This document shows positions 26,590-36,202 of a stretch of 64,000 nt of DNA, piece by piece. Below the pieces are notes generated by a model. It did no database searches and had not been told where the DNA came from. It worked only from the letters and a program-made list of their open reading frames with translations. Positions within the stretch are counted from its first letter, which is position 1, and each line of letters opens with the position of its first letter. The translations under genes were made by a program, and so were the position numbers. The DNA comes from an uncultured Actinomycetes bacterium (lineage in GTDB: Bacteria > Actinomycetota > Actinomycetes > Nanopelagicales > Nanopelagicaceae). The DNA is taken from NCBI GenBank assembly GCA_903850565.1, contig CAINLV010000059.1, positions 15,981 to 79,980 of the forward strand, read 5' to 3'.

Positions 26590-27695
26590 TGCTCTGCCTC
26601 CACGGCTGTTGTTGAAGAATTCATTCCATTTTCTTGCATGTGCGGCAGTCGAATTGTGAAGGTACTGCCCGAACCTTCCATACTCCAAACGGATACATCG
26701 CCACCGTGATTGGAAACTACATGTTTAACGATGGAAAGACCTAAGCCGGTGCCTCCAGTAAGCCGCGACCTAGCTGGATCGACTCGATAAAAACGTTCAA
26801 AAATTCTCTGTAAATCACTTTCTGGAATTCCAATACCTTGATCCGAAATAGATATTTCACATAGGTCTCCACTATTTCTGACAGCCACAGCAACGCGAGT
26901 TCCATTGGGGCTGTAATTAATAGCATTCTCAATCAGATTATGAACGGCCATCAGAATCTGACCTCGATCACCTTGAATTTTGGCTTCAACCTGGGATGAA
27001 TAAACAATTGCTATATCGCGAGCGCCTGACGTAAGCCGAGATTGATCGATTGCTTCCTGGACCACATCTGAAATCTCAAAAGTTTTTGCATCTTTCAATG
27101 GGTCATCATCTTGCAATCTGGAAAGGTCAATAATTTCTTGGACCAAATCGGTCAATCGCTTTGCTTCCGTCTGCATCCGAGTTGCAAAACGAGTAATAGC
27201 AACCGGATCATCGCTAGCTCCCAAAACCGCTTCACTCAATATGGATAAAGCACCGATTGGGGTTTTGAGTTCGTGAGAAATATTGGCGACAAAGTCCCTG
27301 CGAATGGAATCGAGTCTTCGCATTTCGCTATCATCAAAAATAAGGATGACGACCAAACCTTCGTTCCCCATGGGGGCGACTCGCACCAGCAAATCGTGAG
27401 TTCCAGCGCCAATAGGGCCTCGCGGTAATTCCATAGTATTTTCTTGCTTTAAACCAGAACGGCGCACCGCTCTGACCAGCATCAATAGTGGCTCGTTGAG
27501 CAACCGCGAATCTCGGATGATATTAAATGTATTTATTCCCCCAGAGGCATAAACCACAGTCTCGCCAGGCGCCAACACGATGGTTTCGGCATCGACATTT
27601 TGAAGCAAATCTTTGAGGTCTCGGGGCAGGCTTACGGGAGTCGGCACACCAATGGCCTCTACCTCTGATGAAATCTTCTTTCGGACCCACGCCAC
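26586..27695 (-). CDS. senX3: Sensor histidine kinase SenX3 (phosphate-responsive type)
   Basis: 369 aa. H-box FVANISHELKTP, N-box HNLIENAINYS, and G-boxes DQGIGI and GGTGLGLSIV. Confidence 0.9.
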   Translation of the reverse strand: MAWVRKKISSEVEAIGVPTPVSLPRDLKDLLQNVDAETIVLAPGETVVYASGGINTFNIIRDSRLLNEPLLMLVRAVRRSGLKQENTMELPRGPIGAGTHDLLVRVAPMGNEGLVVILIFDDSEMRRLDSIRRDFVANISHELKTPIGALSILSEAVLGASDDPVAITRFATRMQTEAKRLTDLVQEIIDLSRLQDDDPLKDAKTFEISDVVQEAIDQSRLTSGARDIAIVYSSQVEAKIQGDRGQILMAVHNLIENAINYSPNGTRVAVAVRNSGDLCEISISDQGIGIPESDLQRIFERFYRVDPARSRLTGGTGLGLSIVKHVVSNHGGDVSVWSMEGSGSTFTIRLPHMQENGMNSSTTAVEAEQ

Positions 27696-27812
27696 CCCCT
27701 TATCGTAGGAGTACCCATACCTAAGGTCCTGCGAAAGCAGGTTTTATGCGGGAAATTACCCCAAACTTTGCTTTCTGTTTGAGACCCGTTAACCCTGGAA
27801 CCCGAATTAGCC

Positions 27813-28490
27813 GTGGCGAACCATTATCGTACGCTTATGCGCGATCAATATAATGAAGAGCTAGATTCAATGCGGACCAGCCTCTTGCTCATGGCCGGGT
27901 TGGTAAAGGACTCTATTTCCAAGGGGACTTTGGCCCTTCTGACCTGCGATTTGAGCCTGGCCGAGCAAGTGATCGCCGAGGACAATGTCATCGACACAAT
28001 CCAGCACGACCTCGATGCCCGCGGCCTGAACCTGATGGCTCGTCAGCAACCAGTTGCTTCAGATCTTCGAACCCTGGTTACCGGATTTCGAATGAGCGCC
28101 GATCTTGAGCGCATGGGAGCCCTTGCCAATCACATCGCAAAATTAGCCAGAATGCGTTTTCCTGGATGTGCTGTGCCTGCAGAACTGATTCCCACCATTG
28201 AAGAGATGGGCCGAACTGCTGTCCTGATTATCGACAAGATGGCATCAGTCATTGAACACCGCGACATCGTTCGCGCACTGGAAATTGAAACTGATGATGA
28301 CCAGATGGATATTTTGCATCGCAAAATTATTTCAACTTTGTTGGCCGACGATTGGGCACATGGAATTGAAACCGCGATCGACATGACGCTACTTGCTCGC
28401 TACTACGAACGATGTGCCGACCATGCGGTATCTATCGCCCGCAGGGTCTACTTCTTAGTTACTGGCGAATACGCCTCGCCAAAAGCTTAA
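27813..28490 (+). CDS. phoU: Phosphate signalling complex protein PhoU
   Basis: 225 aa. Two PhoU repeats (the DxxxD-containing DNVIDTIQHDLD region and YYERCADHAVSIARRV). GTG start. Divergent from senX3. Confidence 0.9.
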   Translation: MANHYRTLMRDQYNEELDSMRTSLLLMAGLVKDSISKGTLALLTCDLSLAEQVIAEDNVIDTIQHDLDARGLNLMARQQPVASDLRTLVTGFRMSADLERMGALANHIAKLARMRFPGCAVPAELIPTIEEMGRTAVLIIDKMASVIEHRDIVRALEIETDDDQMDILHRKIISTLLADDWAHGIETAIDMTLLARYYERCADHAVSIARRVYFLVTGEYASPKA

Positions 28491-28493
28491 ACT

Positions 28494-29240
28494 TTATTTC
28501 TTCCCCTGGTTCGCTACCGCTTCAATTGCAGCTTTCGCAGCCTCAGGATCTAAATAAAGCCCGCCTTTTTTCATAGGTTGGAAATTGTCGTCGAGTTCGT
28601 AGAGCAACGGGATTCCTGTAGGAATATTTAGTCCGGCAATATCCTCATCCGAAATTCCATCAAGGTGTTTAACCAAAGCGCGCAATGAATTTCCGTGAGC
28701 TGTGACTAAAACGGTCTTACCCGTATTCAAATCAGGAACGATCGCACTGTCCCAATAGGGGAGCATTCTGACGATGACATCTTTGAGGCACTCAGTTCGT
28801 GGCAATTGTGATCCCAACTCCACATAGCGGGGATCGCCATATTGGCTGAACTCGTTGGCATCATCTATGGCAGGAGGTGGCACGTCAAAGGAGCGGCGCC
28901 ACAACATAAATTGTTCTTCGCCATACGCTTCTAAGGTTGCCTTTTTATCCTTACCTTGGAGCGCGCCATAATGGCGTTCGTTCAAGCGCCAATCGCGGCG
29001 AACTGGAATCCAGTGACGATCGGCAACATCCAATGCAATTTGGGCAGTATGAATTGCCCGGCGCAATAGCGAGGTATGTAATACATCTGGCAAAAGGCCA
29101 TTTTCCTTCAATAACTGGCCGCCGCGTTTGGCCTCGGATTCACCCTTGTCCGAGAGGCGTACATCTACCCAGCCGGTAAAGAGATTCTTTGCGTTCCATT
29201 CACTCTCACCGTGGCGGAGCAAGATCAATGTTTTTGTCAT
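28494..29240 (-). CDS. gpmA: 2,3-bisphosphoglycerate-dependent phosphoglycerate mutase
   Basis: 248 aa. Motifs [29 protein letters not shown] and [11 protein letters not shown]. Confidence 0.95.
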   Translation of the reverse strand: MTKTLILLRHGESEWNAKNLFTGWVDVRLSDKGESEAKRGGQLLKENGLLPDVLHTSLLRRAIHTAQIALDVADRHWIPVRRDWRLNERHYGALQGKDKKATLEAYGEEQFMLWRRSFDVPPPAIDDANEFSQYGDPRYVELGSQLPRTECLKDVIVRMLPYWDSAIVPDLNTGKTVLVTAHGNSLRALVKHLDGISDEDIAGLNIPTGIPLLYELDDNFQPMKKGGLYLDPEAAKAAIEAVANQGKK

Positions 29241-29249
29241 GCCCGAAGT

Positions 29250-29729
29250 TTACTTAATCAAATGCTCGAACGCTGCCAGGTTGGCCAGGGATTCCCCTCG
29301 TGAGACTCGCCATGCCCATTCCCGCCTTATTGCCGATGAAAAACCAAGTTCCAATAATGGGTTAAATGAACTATCTGAATACTGCAACACAGAGCCCAGA
29401 ATTCGATCCAACTCTTGTTCAGAAAGTGCAGTTAGCGGCAGCCTTCCCACCAGGAAAATGTCGCCAAGTTCATTGAGAGCGAAGGCCACGGCATACATGG
29501 ATGCATTCTTTTTCAATAACCATTCATGAACGGCTCCGGCATTTTCATCCGGCTTTCGAATCACAAAAGCATTGATGCTCAAGGAGTGATTACCGATAAC
29601 AAGCGCGCAATGGGTTTGAAGTTTTTTCTCACCCGGCAAAGTGAGCAAGTAGGTATTCTTGGCAGTCTTTTCAAAATCTAGATCGTGCGAATCAAGGAAC
29701 TCTTCAATGACTGCAAGTGGAGAAATCAC
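29250..29729 (-). CDS. YbjN-like domain protein (conserved actinobacterial neighbour of mshA)
   Basis: 159 aa. No catalytic motifs. The position between mshA and gpmA matches mycobacterial synteny. The family call is from memory of that synteny. Confidence 0.45.
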   Translation of the reverse strand: MISPLAVIEEFLDSHDLDFEKTAKNTYLLTLPGEKKLQTHCALVIGNHSLSINAFVIRKPDENAGAVHEWLLKKNASMYAVAFALNELGDIFLVGRLPLTALSEQELDRILGSVLQYSDSSFNPLLELGFSSAIRREWAWRVSRGESLANLAAFEHLIK

Positions 29730-29733
29730 GAAA

Positions 29734-31002
29734 CTATTGTGCCAACCATAAAGACTGGGTTTTTGGTTGCGAAATCACATGATCGTAGACTTCAAGAGTT
29801 CGGCGAGCAGTTGCTTCCCAGCCAAAGTGCGAAGCGTGATCCACAGCTCCGATTGACAATAAAATTCGACGCTGAGGCTCGGCAATCAACCTAGAGATAA
29901 CCGCAGACCATGCTTTGGGGTCGTGACCATCTACCAAGGAACCAGATATTCCATCAGCAACCGCGGTGCGAAGACCACCAACTGCTGTGGCTACAACTGG
30001 AGTGCCGCAAGCCTGAGCCTCTAAAGCTACCAAACCAAAGGATTCGCTATAGCTTGGAACGCAAACTAGATCCGAAGCACGATACCAATCAGGAAGTTCA
30101 GTTCGTAAAACTGGTGGCTTAAAATGGACAATATCCTCAACGCCTAAGAACTTGGCCATCATACGAAGCCGTTCTGGTTCATTGGATTTGTTGCCTGAAG
30201 CCCCGCCAATAATTACCAAAGCTAATTTGGCGCGAAGGTGCGGAGTGTGGGAAACCATTTCGGCGATTGCACGAACTAAAACTTCAGGTCCCTTATGAGG
30301 TTGAATACGACCAACAAATGTCAGAAGAATTGCATCAGGGGCAATGTTGAGAGCTTCTCTCGCTGCGGCTCGACCTTTGCCAGGAGTGAAGCGTTCCAAA
30401 TCAACACCAGGGGTTACCACATATACATTGTCAGGGCAGGCATCGTAAAGAGAAACCAAACTTGCTGCTTCGGCATCGGTATTGGCAATCAAGGCGCTTG
30501 CGGCTTTCACTACTTGCTCTTCGCCGATTGCTCGGGTGGTTGGCTCTGGTGCTTCGCCCTCAGCCAACGCCAAATTTTTCACCTTTGCCATGGTGTGCAT
30601 TGTGTGGACCAACGGAATTCCAGTTCGTTCGCTGATCATCCAACCCAACTGACCGCTTAGCCAATAATGGGAATGAATGACATCGTAATAATCGGCGGCA
30701 AAACGAGATTGCACGTGCATGAAACTGGATGTGAGTGCACACAACTGCGAAGGAAGTTCCTCTTTGGAAAGTCCTTCGTAGGGTCCGGCTTCTAGGTGGC
30801 GAACCGTCACACCATCGGCAATCTGCACGGACTCCGCAAGGTCGCTCTTAGTGGCGCGGGTAAAAATATCTACTTCAATGCCGGCCGCTGCCATTTTCAT
30901 GGCGCTCTCCACAACATAAATATTCATACCACCAGCATCGCCAATTCCAGCCTGCTCTAGTGGAGAGGTATGAACCATCAAAGTGGCTACGCGGGCGGTC
31001 AT
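29734..31002 (-). CDS. mshA: D-inositol-3-phosphate glycosyltransferase (mycothiol biosynthesis)
   Basis: 422 aa. N-terminus VATLMVHTSPLEQAGIGDAGGMNIYV and the GT4 C-terminal motif ESFGLVALEAQACGTPVVA. Confidence 0.9.
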   Translation of the reverse strand: MTARVATLMVHTSPLEQAGIGDAGGMNIYVVESAMKMAAAGIEVDIFTRATKSDLAESVQIADGVTVRHLEAGPYEGLSKEELPSQLCALTSSFMHVQSRFAADYYDVIHSHYWLSGQLGWMISERTGIPLVHTMHTMAKVKNLALAEGEAPEPTTRAIGEEQVVKAASALIANTDAEAASLVSLYDACPDNVYVVTPGVDLERFTPGKGRAAAREALNIAPDAILLTFVGRIQPHKGPEVLVRAIAEMVSHTPHLRAKLALVIIGGASGNKSNEPERLRMMAKFLGVEDIVHFKPPVLRTELPDWYRASDLVCVPSYSESFGLVALEAQACGTPVVATAVGGLRTAVADGISGSLVDGHDPKAWSAVISRLIAEPQRRILLSIGAVDHASHFGWEATARRTLEVYDHVISQPKTQSLWLAQ

Positions 31003-31060
31003 GTACGAAAGTCTAGACCGCCTTGGGAAGTACCGCGAAAGAAGTTAGAGATGGCCTTAT

Positions 31061-32005
31061 TTATGCAATCAGCGCCCTAATCGACCCGACTGGTTCGCCA
31101 CCACCGAGGACTGTGACTCCTTCATCCAAGGAATCAATTCCCCACTCTTTAAAAGCGGCTTGAACTATGGGACCGAAGGCTCGATTTCCGCCATCAACGA
31201 TTTTGAAGACCAAGGTTCGACCATCGGGCAAAGTCGCCACTTCTACCGCCTCTGCGCCTTCCTTCATGAAGAGCCCTGGGATCGCCCGCATTAGCCGGGT
31301 AGTCAATCGACCCTCGCCGGCGACTAACAACGGGTTGGCGCGACAAGCGCTCATAATCTCTTGATAAATAGCATCTTGCGAAATCGTCATGGTACGAAAT
31401 GCACGTGCTAAGCCCAGCGTGGATGTTGCGAAGAGTGGTGCACCGCAACCATCTACCGTTGTAGCAAAAACACTTTCTTCCGTTAGCGCTTCAAATTCGG
31501 CTTTAATAGCGATCTGCAATGGGTGATCAGGTGAGCGATAACTCTCCAGATCCCAACCATTCATGACGCAAGTTCGAAGCATTCCCGCATGCTTTCCGCT
31601 GCAGTTTTGCGCGAGTCGGGTTGGCTCGCCCCAATTCTTCCGTTCCTCTTCAGCCAAAGGCTTATCTGGAGTATTTCGAAGCGCACTTTCATCCAAACCT
31701 GAATCAGTCAACATGGATTTTGCAACGCTTTGGTGCAATGCAGTTCCAGAATGACTGGCACAAATAAGAGCTAATTGTTCTGGGGTTACTTTTAATCCAG
31801 AGCGAAGCATTCCTGCTGCTTGCATCGCTTTCAAAGAAGAACGACCATACATCGGAAGTTCAATGGCACCTTTTTGCAAATGGATAGAACCATCTGCATT
31901 GAGCATCACTAAGTGACCTGAATGCAATGACTCCACCATTCCATGCCGAACAACTTCCGCCAAAATTTCACCTTGTGCACGCGATTGAAAAAAGTTGAAA
32001 CTCAT
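31061..32005 (-). CDS. Asparaginase II family protein
   Basis: Motifs EVVRHGMVESLHSGHLVMLNADG, CSGKHAGML and DGCGAP. Start chosen at MSFNFF (TAATG overlap with the upstream stop). The track GTG start is 32038. Confidence 0.7.
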   Translation of the reverse strand: MSFNFFQSRAQGEILAEVVRHGMVESLHSGHLVMLNADGSIHLQKGAIELPMYGRSSLKAMQAAGMLRSGLKVTPEQLALICASHSGTALHQSVAKSMLTDSGLDESALRNTPDKPLAEEERKNWGEPTRLAQNCSGKHAGMLRTCVMNGWDLESYRSPDHPLQIAIKAEFEALTEESVFATTVDGCGAPLFATSTLGLARAFRTMTISQDAIYQEIMSACRANPLLVAGEGRLTTRLMRAIPGLFMKEGAEAVEVATLPDGRTLVFKIVDGGNRAFGPIVQAAFKEWGIDSLDEGVTVLGGGEPVGSIRALIA

Positions 32006-32508
32006 TAAATATTCACTTGCCGTTCCAGCGATGACCACGTGTGAGATTGAAGTTCGTGACCATTTGTCGCCATGTCGTAGGAGGTAAAGAGTTGACCATC
32101 AACCAAACCATACAGGCGCGCGCCTTCGTCCACATTTTTTGCAGTAGGGGCGGTATAACCTTTATCGAAAGCTAATTGAATTTTGGCAGGTTGAAATACC
32201 CCAACCCAACCTTCTGCAAGTCCGGTGTTGTGAGCAATAACAACTTCCAGGACATTATTTGGCTTGACTCTCCAAAAACCAACTTCCAGAGCGGAGAGGC
32301 GAATTACGTTGTTATTCTCATCGATCAATTTTGTTTTCGATGAATATTGCAAGAATGGCCGACCGTCATGACTAAAGGTGATTTCTTGTTCGAAGGAGAA
32401 TGGCTCAATCCCGGGATAATCGCCATATCCGGTTCCGCCCCATGTTCCAACCAACCAAGCTAGTGGATTGAGATCTGGGTGCAGACCTTCTGGAATAGTA
32501 AATGCCAT
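32005..32508 (-). CDS. Nitrobindin / fatty-acid-binding-protein-like beta-barrel (UPF0678, DUF1794)
   Basis: 167 aa. LAWLVGTWGGTGYGDYPGIEPFSFEQEITFSHDGRPFLQY is typical of this family. Confidence 0.8.
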   Translation of the reverse strand: MAFTIPEGLHPDLNPLAWLVGTWGGTGYGDYPGIEPFSFEQEITFSHDGRPFLQYSSKTKLIDENNNVIRLSALEVGFWRVKPNNVLEVVIAHNTGLAEGWVGVFQPAKIQLAFDKGYTAPTAKNVDEGARLYGLVDGQLFTSYDMATNGHELQSHTWSSLERQVNI

Positions 32509-32511
32509 CGA

Positions 32512-32646
32512 TTAACTCCCTTTGTTTCGCTTAATTTCTGCATCTTCGCGCCAGGTTTTGATAGCGCCATAACTGCCCCATCCGATCAATCCCAGACCAA
32601 TCAGTAGGGCGGAGACAACAAGCGCAACCGAGGTTAAAGATTCCAT
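32512..32646 (-). CDS. Possible small single-pass membrane protein
   Basis: 44 codons from MESLTSVALVVSALLIGLGLIGWGSYGAIKTW. The N-terminal part of the longer track ORF overlaps the divergent DsrE gene. The only evidence is hydrophobicity and position. Confidence 0.3.
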   Translation of the reverse strand: MESLTSVALVVSALLIGLGLIGWGSYGAIKTWREDAEIKRNKGS

Positions 32647-32691
32647 AGTTGGCGCTCCATAATGGCTAGCGTATCGGACTAAACTTCTGAG

Positions 32692-33054
32692 GTGGCATCG
32701 AAACTTGTAGTGAAGGTAATGGTTGGCGCCGATGACCCAGAGCGCTGTGCCCAAGCTTTTACTGTGGCGGCCATGGCGCTGACCTCAGGCGTTGCGGTTT
32801 CGTTGTGGCTCACTGGTGATGCTGCGTGGTTTGCGCTACCCGGAAAATGTGAAGAATTTGAGCTTCCACAGTCAGCACCTCTGGCTCAACTACGAGATGC
32901 AATTTTGGCCGGCGGAACCATCACTTTATGCACCCAATGTGCAGTGCGCCGTGGGATCGAAAGCTCAGCCGTTATTAGTGGAATAACCATTGCCGGCGCT
33001 GCTTCGTTCGTAGAGGAAATTATGGCCGATGGGGTACAAGCGCTGGTTTATTAA
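32692..33054 (+). CDS. DsrE/DsrF-like sulfur-relay family protein
   Basis: 120 aa. Segment KLVVKVMVGADDPERCAQAFTVAAMALTSGVAVSLWLTGDA, with a conserved Cys in LCTQCA. GTG start. Confidence 0.65.
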   Translation: MASKLVVKVMVGADDPERCAQAFTVAAMALTSGVAVSLWLTGDAAWFALPGKCEEFELPQSAPLAQLRDAILAGGTITLCTQCAVRRGIESSAVISGITIAGAASFVEEIMADGVQALVY

Positions 33055-33965
33055 ACGAGCGCCTCTTGAGATGCTGCAATGCCATCTACAACCAACAGGG
33101 CATCGATCGGAACGCTTCGCTTAATAACTGCTAACGCAATGGGACCTAGTTCATAATGACGTTCTGAACTTCCCACATAACCTACTTCTTTTCCTTCGTA
33201 ACCAATCTTGCTCCCATGTCCAGGCAAGCTGACCATGCTTCCATCCAAATGAAGGCGAACTAACCGCCTGGGCGGTTGACCTAAATTAAATACTTTCGCA
33301 ACTGTCTCTTGACCCCGGTAGCACCCTTTATTCATATGAACTGCATTGTGCAGGAAACCTAGTTCGTTAGGGATAGATTTAAAATCTGTTTCGAAGAGCA
33401 ATCTAGCCCGGCCATTTGCTATGCGTTCTGCTTCAAGCGCCCACATTCCCACCTGAGAAAAATCATGGTTATAAGTTTCTGTGGTTTCTGCCAATTTATC
33501 TCGATTGATAAAAGCATATGGACCACCAATATCGTCAGTCAGACCCGGAACTTTTAGTACTGCGATTTGCTCCGATTGATCACTCACTTCTACTTGAAGC
33601 ATAAATTTCATTTTCTCTAAATACGACACCAATTCCGAAACTCGCACTTTCTCAGTATGAAATGTGGTCGTAGTGCCATCATCAACTAAGAAGAACTGGT
33701 GCTCGATATGGCCTTGGGCATCCAAGATCAGCGCACTTAGCCATTGCCCAACCTGAAGCTTCTCCAAATGTTGTGTGGTCAGCGCGTGTAGCCAAGTCAG
33801 ACGATCTGGACCAGAAACCGCAATAACGCCTCGGTGGGAAAGATCGGCCCAAGCCGTACCAGCAACAAGTGCTCGTTGTTCATGGTGAGGTTCACCGAAA
33901 TGCCAAACCGCTCCAGCATCCGGTCCAGCCTCCACCAGAACCGCGGTCATGGGAGCTGTGAACAA
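33051..33965 (-). CDS. ygfZ: Folate-binding YgfZ-family protein (GcvT-like, Fe-S cluster maintenance)
   Basis: 304 aa. YgfZ signature KGCYRGQETVAKV and the GcvT-like N-terminal domain. Confidence 0.85.
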   Translation of the reverse strand: MFTAPMTAVLVEAGPDAGAVWHFGEPHHEQRALVAGTAWADLSHRGVIAVSGPDRLTWLHALTTQHLEKLQVGQWLSALILDAQGHIEHQFFLVDDGTTTTFHTEKVRVSELVSYLEKMKFMLQVEVSDQSEQIAVLKVPGLTDDIGGPYAFINRDKLAETTETYNHDFSQVGMWALEAERIANGRARLLFETDFKSIPNELGFLHNAVHMNKGCYRGQETVAKVFNLGQPPRRLVRLHLDGSMVSLPGHGSKIGYEGKEVGYVGSSERHYELGPIALAVIKRSVPIDALLVVDGIAASQEALV

Positions 33966-34360
33966 GTCGCACAGGTGCCGTATATGGCAAAGTGCGTGAC
34001 ATCTGTTTTGAATCCAAAGTCGTCGGCAAGAGATTGCACGAAATTTGCCGCAGCCGCTATCGGCGCATCACCAACAGACCCACACTTGCTACAAACAAGG
34101 TGAAGATGCGTGAGCTCTTCGGCTGCATGATAGGTAGCCCCACCATGGCCTAAGTGAGTGTGCTGAACGAAGCCCACATTCTCCAATGTCTCTAAATTCC
34201 GATAGACCGTGGAGAGATTGATTCCTGGGTGGGTTTGACGAACTCTTTCGGCAACTTCTTCTGGGGTCGCATGCCCTAGTTCTCGTACCGCTTGTAAAAC
34301 CAATTCCCGTTGTGGGGTCAGGCGAAGCCCTTTATCGCGTAATTCGTGCTGCTCGGCCAT
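33947..34360 (-). CDS. Fur-family metalloregulator
   Basis: 137 aa. DNA-binding LTPQRELVLQAV, His-rich HTHLGHGG..HLHLVCSKCG, and a C-terminal CATC (structural Zn CxxC pairs). Confidence 0.85.
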   Translation of the reverse strand: MAEQHELRDKGLRLTPQRELVLQAVRELGHATPEEVAERVRQTHPGINLSTVYRNLETLENVGFVQHTHLGHGGATYHAAEELTHLHLVCSKCGSVGDAPIAAAANFVQSLADDFGFKTDVTHFAIYGTCATCSQLP

Positions 34361-34378
34361 GTAGTTATCCTACCGAAG

Positions 34379-34846
34379 TTACTTGCGAAAACGATGGGTC
34401 GCTCGGGCTATCAGAAGGTACATCTCGCATCCCAAGCAGAAATTAAAAGCGGAATTGAGAAATGCCGCCGCCAGCGCGAATCCGGTGGCAACGACGAAGA
34501 AGATGGGATGGCCAAGCAGGGTACCAACCAAAGCCACTGCTGCGAAAAGGAGCCCGACCTTTTGGGCAAACTGAGGCGGTCGGACATCTTCGGTAGGGAC
34601 ATCTCCCGATAGTCGAGGCTTCACAAACTTTTTAAACAAAAATGCATATGGGGTCTTCTGGGGTCCAGCAAATGCTCCAATCGCAAAGACAACCAATTGG
34701 ATCCCTATGAGAACTTTGGAATGTGTCACCAATGTTGTTGCCAAAATTATTGTGGTGATGGTTGCTGAAAAACGAGGACCACGTGCATCGATAAGACGCA
34801 CATTTTTCTGATCAATAGAACTGGGGTTGCGATTAATTGTTGCCAT
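34379..34846 (-). CDS. DUF4395-like integral membrane protein
   Basis: 155 aa, four predicted TM segments. The family call is from memory of the GPRFSA...CLGCEMY pattern and the frequent linkage to thioredoxin-like genes. Confidence 0.5.
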   Translation of the reverse strand: MATINRNPSSIDQKNVRLIDARGPRFSATITTIILATTLVTHSKVLIGIQLVVFAIGAFAGPQKTPYAFLFKKFVKPRLSGDVPTEDVRPPQFAQKVGLLFAAVALVGTLLGHPIFFVVATGFALAAAFLNSAFNFCLGCEMYLLIARATHRFRK

Positions 34847-34861
34847 GTGATTATCCTTTGG

Positions 34862-34914
34862 TCGAATGGAAAAACTAAAAAGTATTACTTTGCTTTTTTA
34901 GTAATTACATTCGA
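34862..34914 (-). promoter_or_regulatory. AT-rich imperfect hairpin/palindrome just upstream of the DUF4395-Fur-ygfZ gene string
   Basis: TCGAATG (~34862-34868) pairs with CATTCGA (~34908-34914). The inner ACTAAAAAG / CTTTTTTAGT and GTATTACT / AGTAATTAC elements are partly complementary. Confidence 0.25.
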
Positions 34915-35041
34915 CATAACGAACCAGCCAGGCGCGCAAAATCAATGATGCGTCGCTTGGTGAAAAACTTTGGTTCGTGGTTAAGCACTCGCTAATCGTA
35001 AATACGAGGAGAAGAAAAGACTAATTGCGATGAATTCGCAC

Positions 35042-35467
35042 TTACTTAACGTTTGCTAGCGTCGCTATGACCTGGTCTCGCCTTGGAGCTCCAACCGCTC
35101 TTCCTACTTCCAGACCACGAGCATCCAAAATAATCGTGGTTGGGGTTGATCTGATATCCAATTTTCGGACCAGCTCTAGATGGCTTTCGGCATCGATATC
35201 TACGTGAACAACATCGGGCAGGTCCGCCACGATATCGGTAAGCAGTGCCCTGGTCGCCCTACAAGGGGAACAGAAGGCCGAAGAGAATTGAACCAGGGTG
35301 ACTCGAGAGCCCAACTCGGAGCCGATTTCAAGGCTTGAAATCAGCCTTAATGGCTCACTCTGGGCCTTCGGCGAGGCAGTCACGACACGACCTCGAGACC
35401 GCTGATACCAAAACCCGTAACCGGAGGTCGCGATCAAGATGAGCAGAAGTGGAGTCCATGTTCCCAC
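35042..35467 (-). CDS. Membrane-anchored thioredoxin-fold protein (TlpA/thioredoxin-like)
   Basis: 141 aa. N-terminal TM helix and the redox motif FCSPCR. Confidence 0.75.
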   Translation of the reverse strand: MGTWTPLLLILIATSGYGFWYQRSRGRVVTASPKAQSEPLRLISSLEIGSELGSRVTLVQFSSAFCSPCRATRALLTDIVADLPDVVHVDIDAESHLELVRKLDIRSTPTTIILDARGLEVGRAVGAPRRDQVIATLANVK

Positions 35468-35488
35468 GCGAGTATCCTTGCACGCCTA

Positions 35489-36202
35489 ATGCCAAGAATT
35501 CTTCTTTTAACCAGCAGCCAAGGGGCCAGTGCTGAAGTGCTGCCTAGCCTGGCGTTGCTGCAGCATCAAGTCCGAGTCCTGCCACTGGAAGCATCAATCT
35601 TGGTCGATGTCCCAGAAGTTGATGTTCTCTTTATCGATGCGCGAAAAGATCTGCCCGCTGCTAAATCTCTAACTCGGCTCTTGCAAACTACTGGCGTTGA
35701 TTGTCCGATCATTTCCATCACCACTGAAGGTGGCCTCTCTGCAATGAATGCGGATTGGGGCATTCATGATGTCATTTTAGATACTGCTGGTCCTGCAGAA
35801 GTAGAAGCAAGAATTCGATTGGCAGTCGGACGCATGGAGTTGGATCGAGCACTCATGGATCCATCGCTGCGAGAAATTCGAACCGGCGATATCGTTATTG
35901 ATGAAAATTCATACACCGCCAAAGTCCGCGGTCGAACTTTGGATCTGACTTTTAAAGAATTTGAATTATTAAAATTTTTAGCCCAGCACCCTGGAAGAGT
36001 GTTCACTCGCGCGCAATTGCTTCAAGAAATCTGGGGTTACGACTATTTCGGTGGCACTCGCACTGTAGATGTTCATATCCGTCGCCTTCGATCCAAACTA
36101 GGCCCGGAATTTGAAGCGCTCATTGGAACTGTCCGTAACGTCGGTTATCGCTTTACCCTGCCAAACTCGGGCAAAGAAAATAGCCTTTCCGAATTGGTCT
36201 AG
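35489..36202 (+). CDS. glnR: OmpR-family orphan response regulator, GlnR-like
   Basis: 237 aa. Atypical receiver domain and a winged-helix [26 protein letters not shown]...GYRF. It lies immediately upstream of mshD, as glnR does in mycobacteria. Confidence 0.7.
   Translation: MPRILLLTSSQGASAEVLPSLALLQHQVRVLPLEASILVDVPEVDVLFIDARKDLPAAKSLTRLLQTTGVDCPIISITTEGGLSAMNADWGIHDVILDTAGPAEVEARIRLAVGRMELDRALMDPSLREIRTGDIVIDENSYTAKVRGRTLDLTFKEFELLKFLAQHPGRVFTRAQLLQEIWGYDYFGGTRTVDVHIRRLRSKLGPEFEALIGTVRNVGYRFTLPNSGKENSLSELV

Noticed and set aside
32005-32508. An apparent 1-nt discrepancy near ~32460 when I walked the nitrobindin-like gene codon by codon. This would imply a frameshift.
   Set aside because: The supplied ORF track shows one continuous 167-aa ORF whose translation I could follow on both sides. 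The mismatch is most likely my own character-counting error. It is the reason hand-derived coordinates are given as approximate.
35489-36202. The atypical receiver domain of the GlnR-like regulator as a novelty.
   Set aside because: Orphan, phosphorylation-independent GlnR regulators located next to mshD are an established actinobacterial feature.
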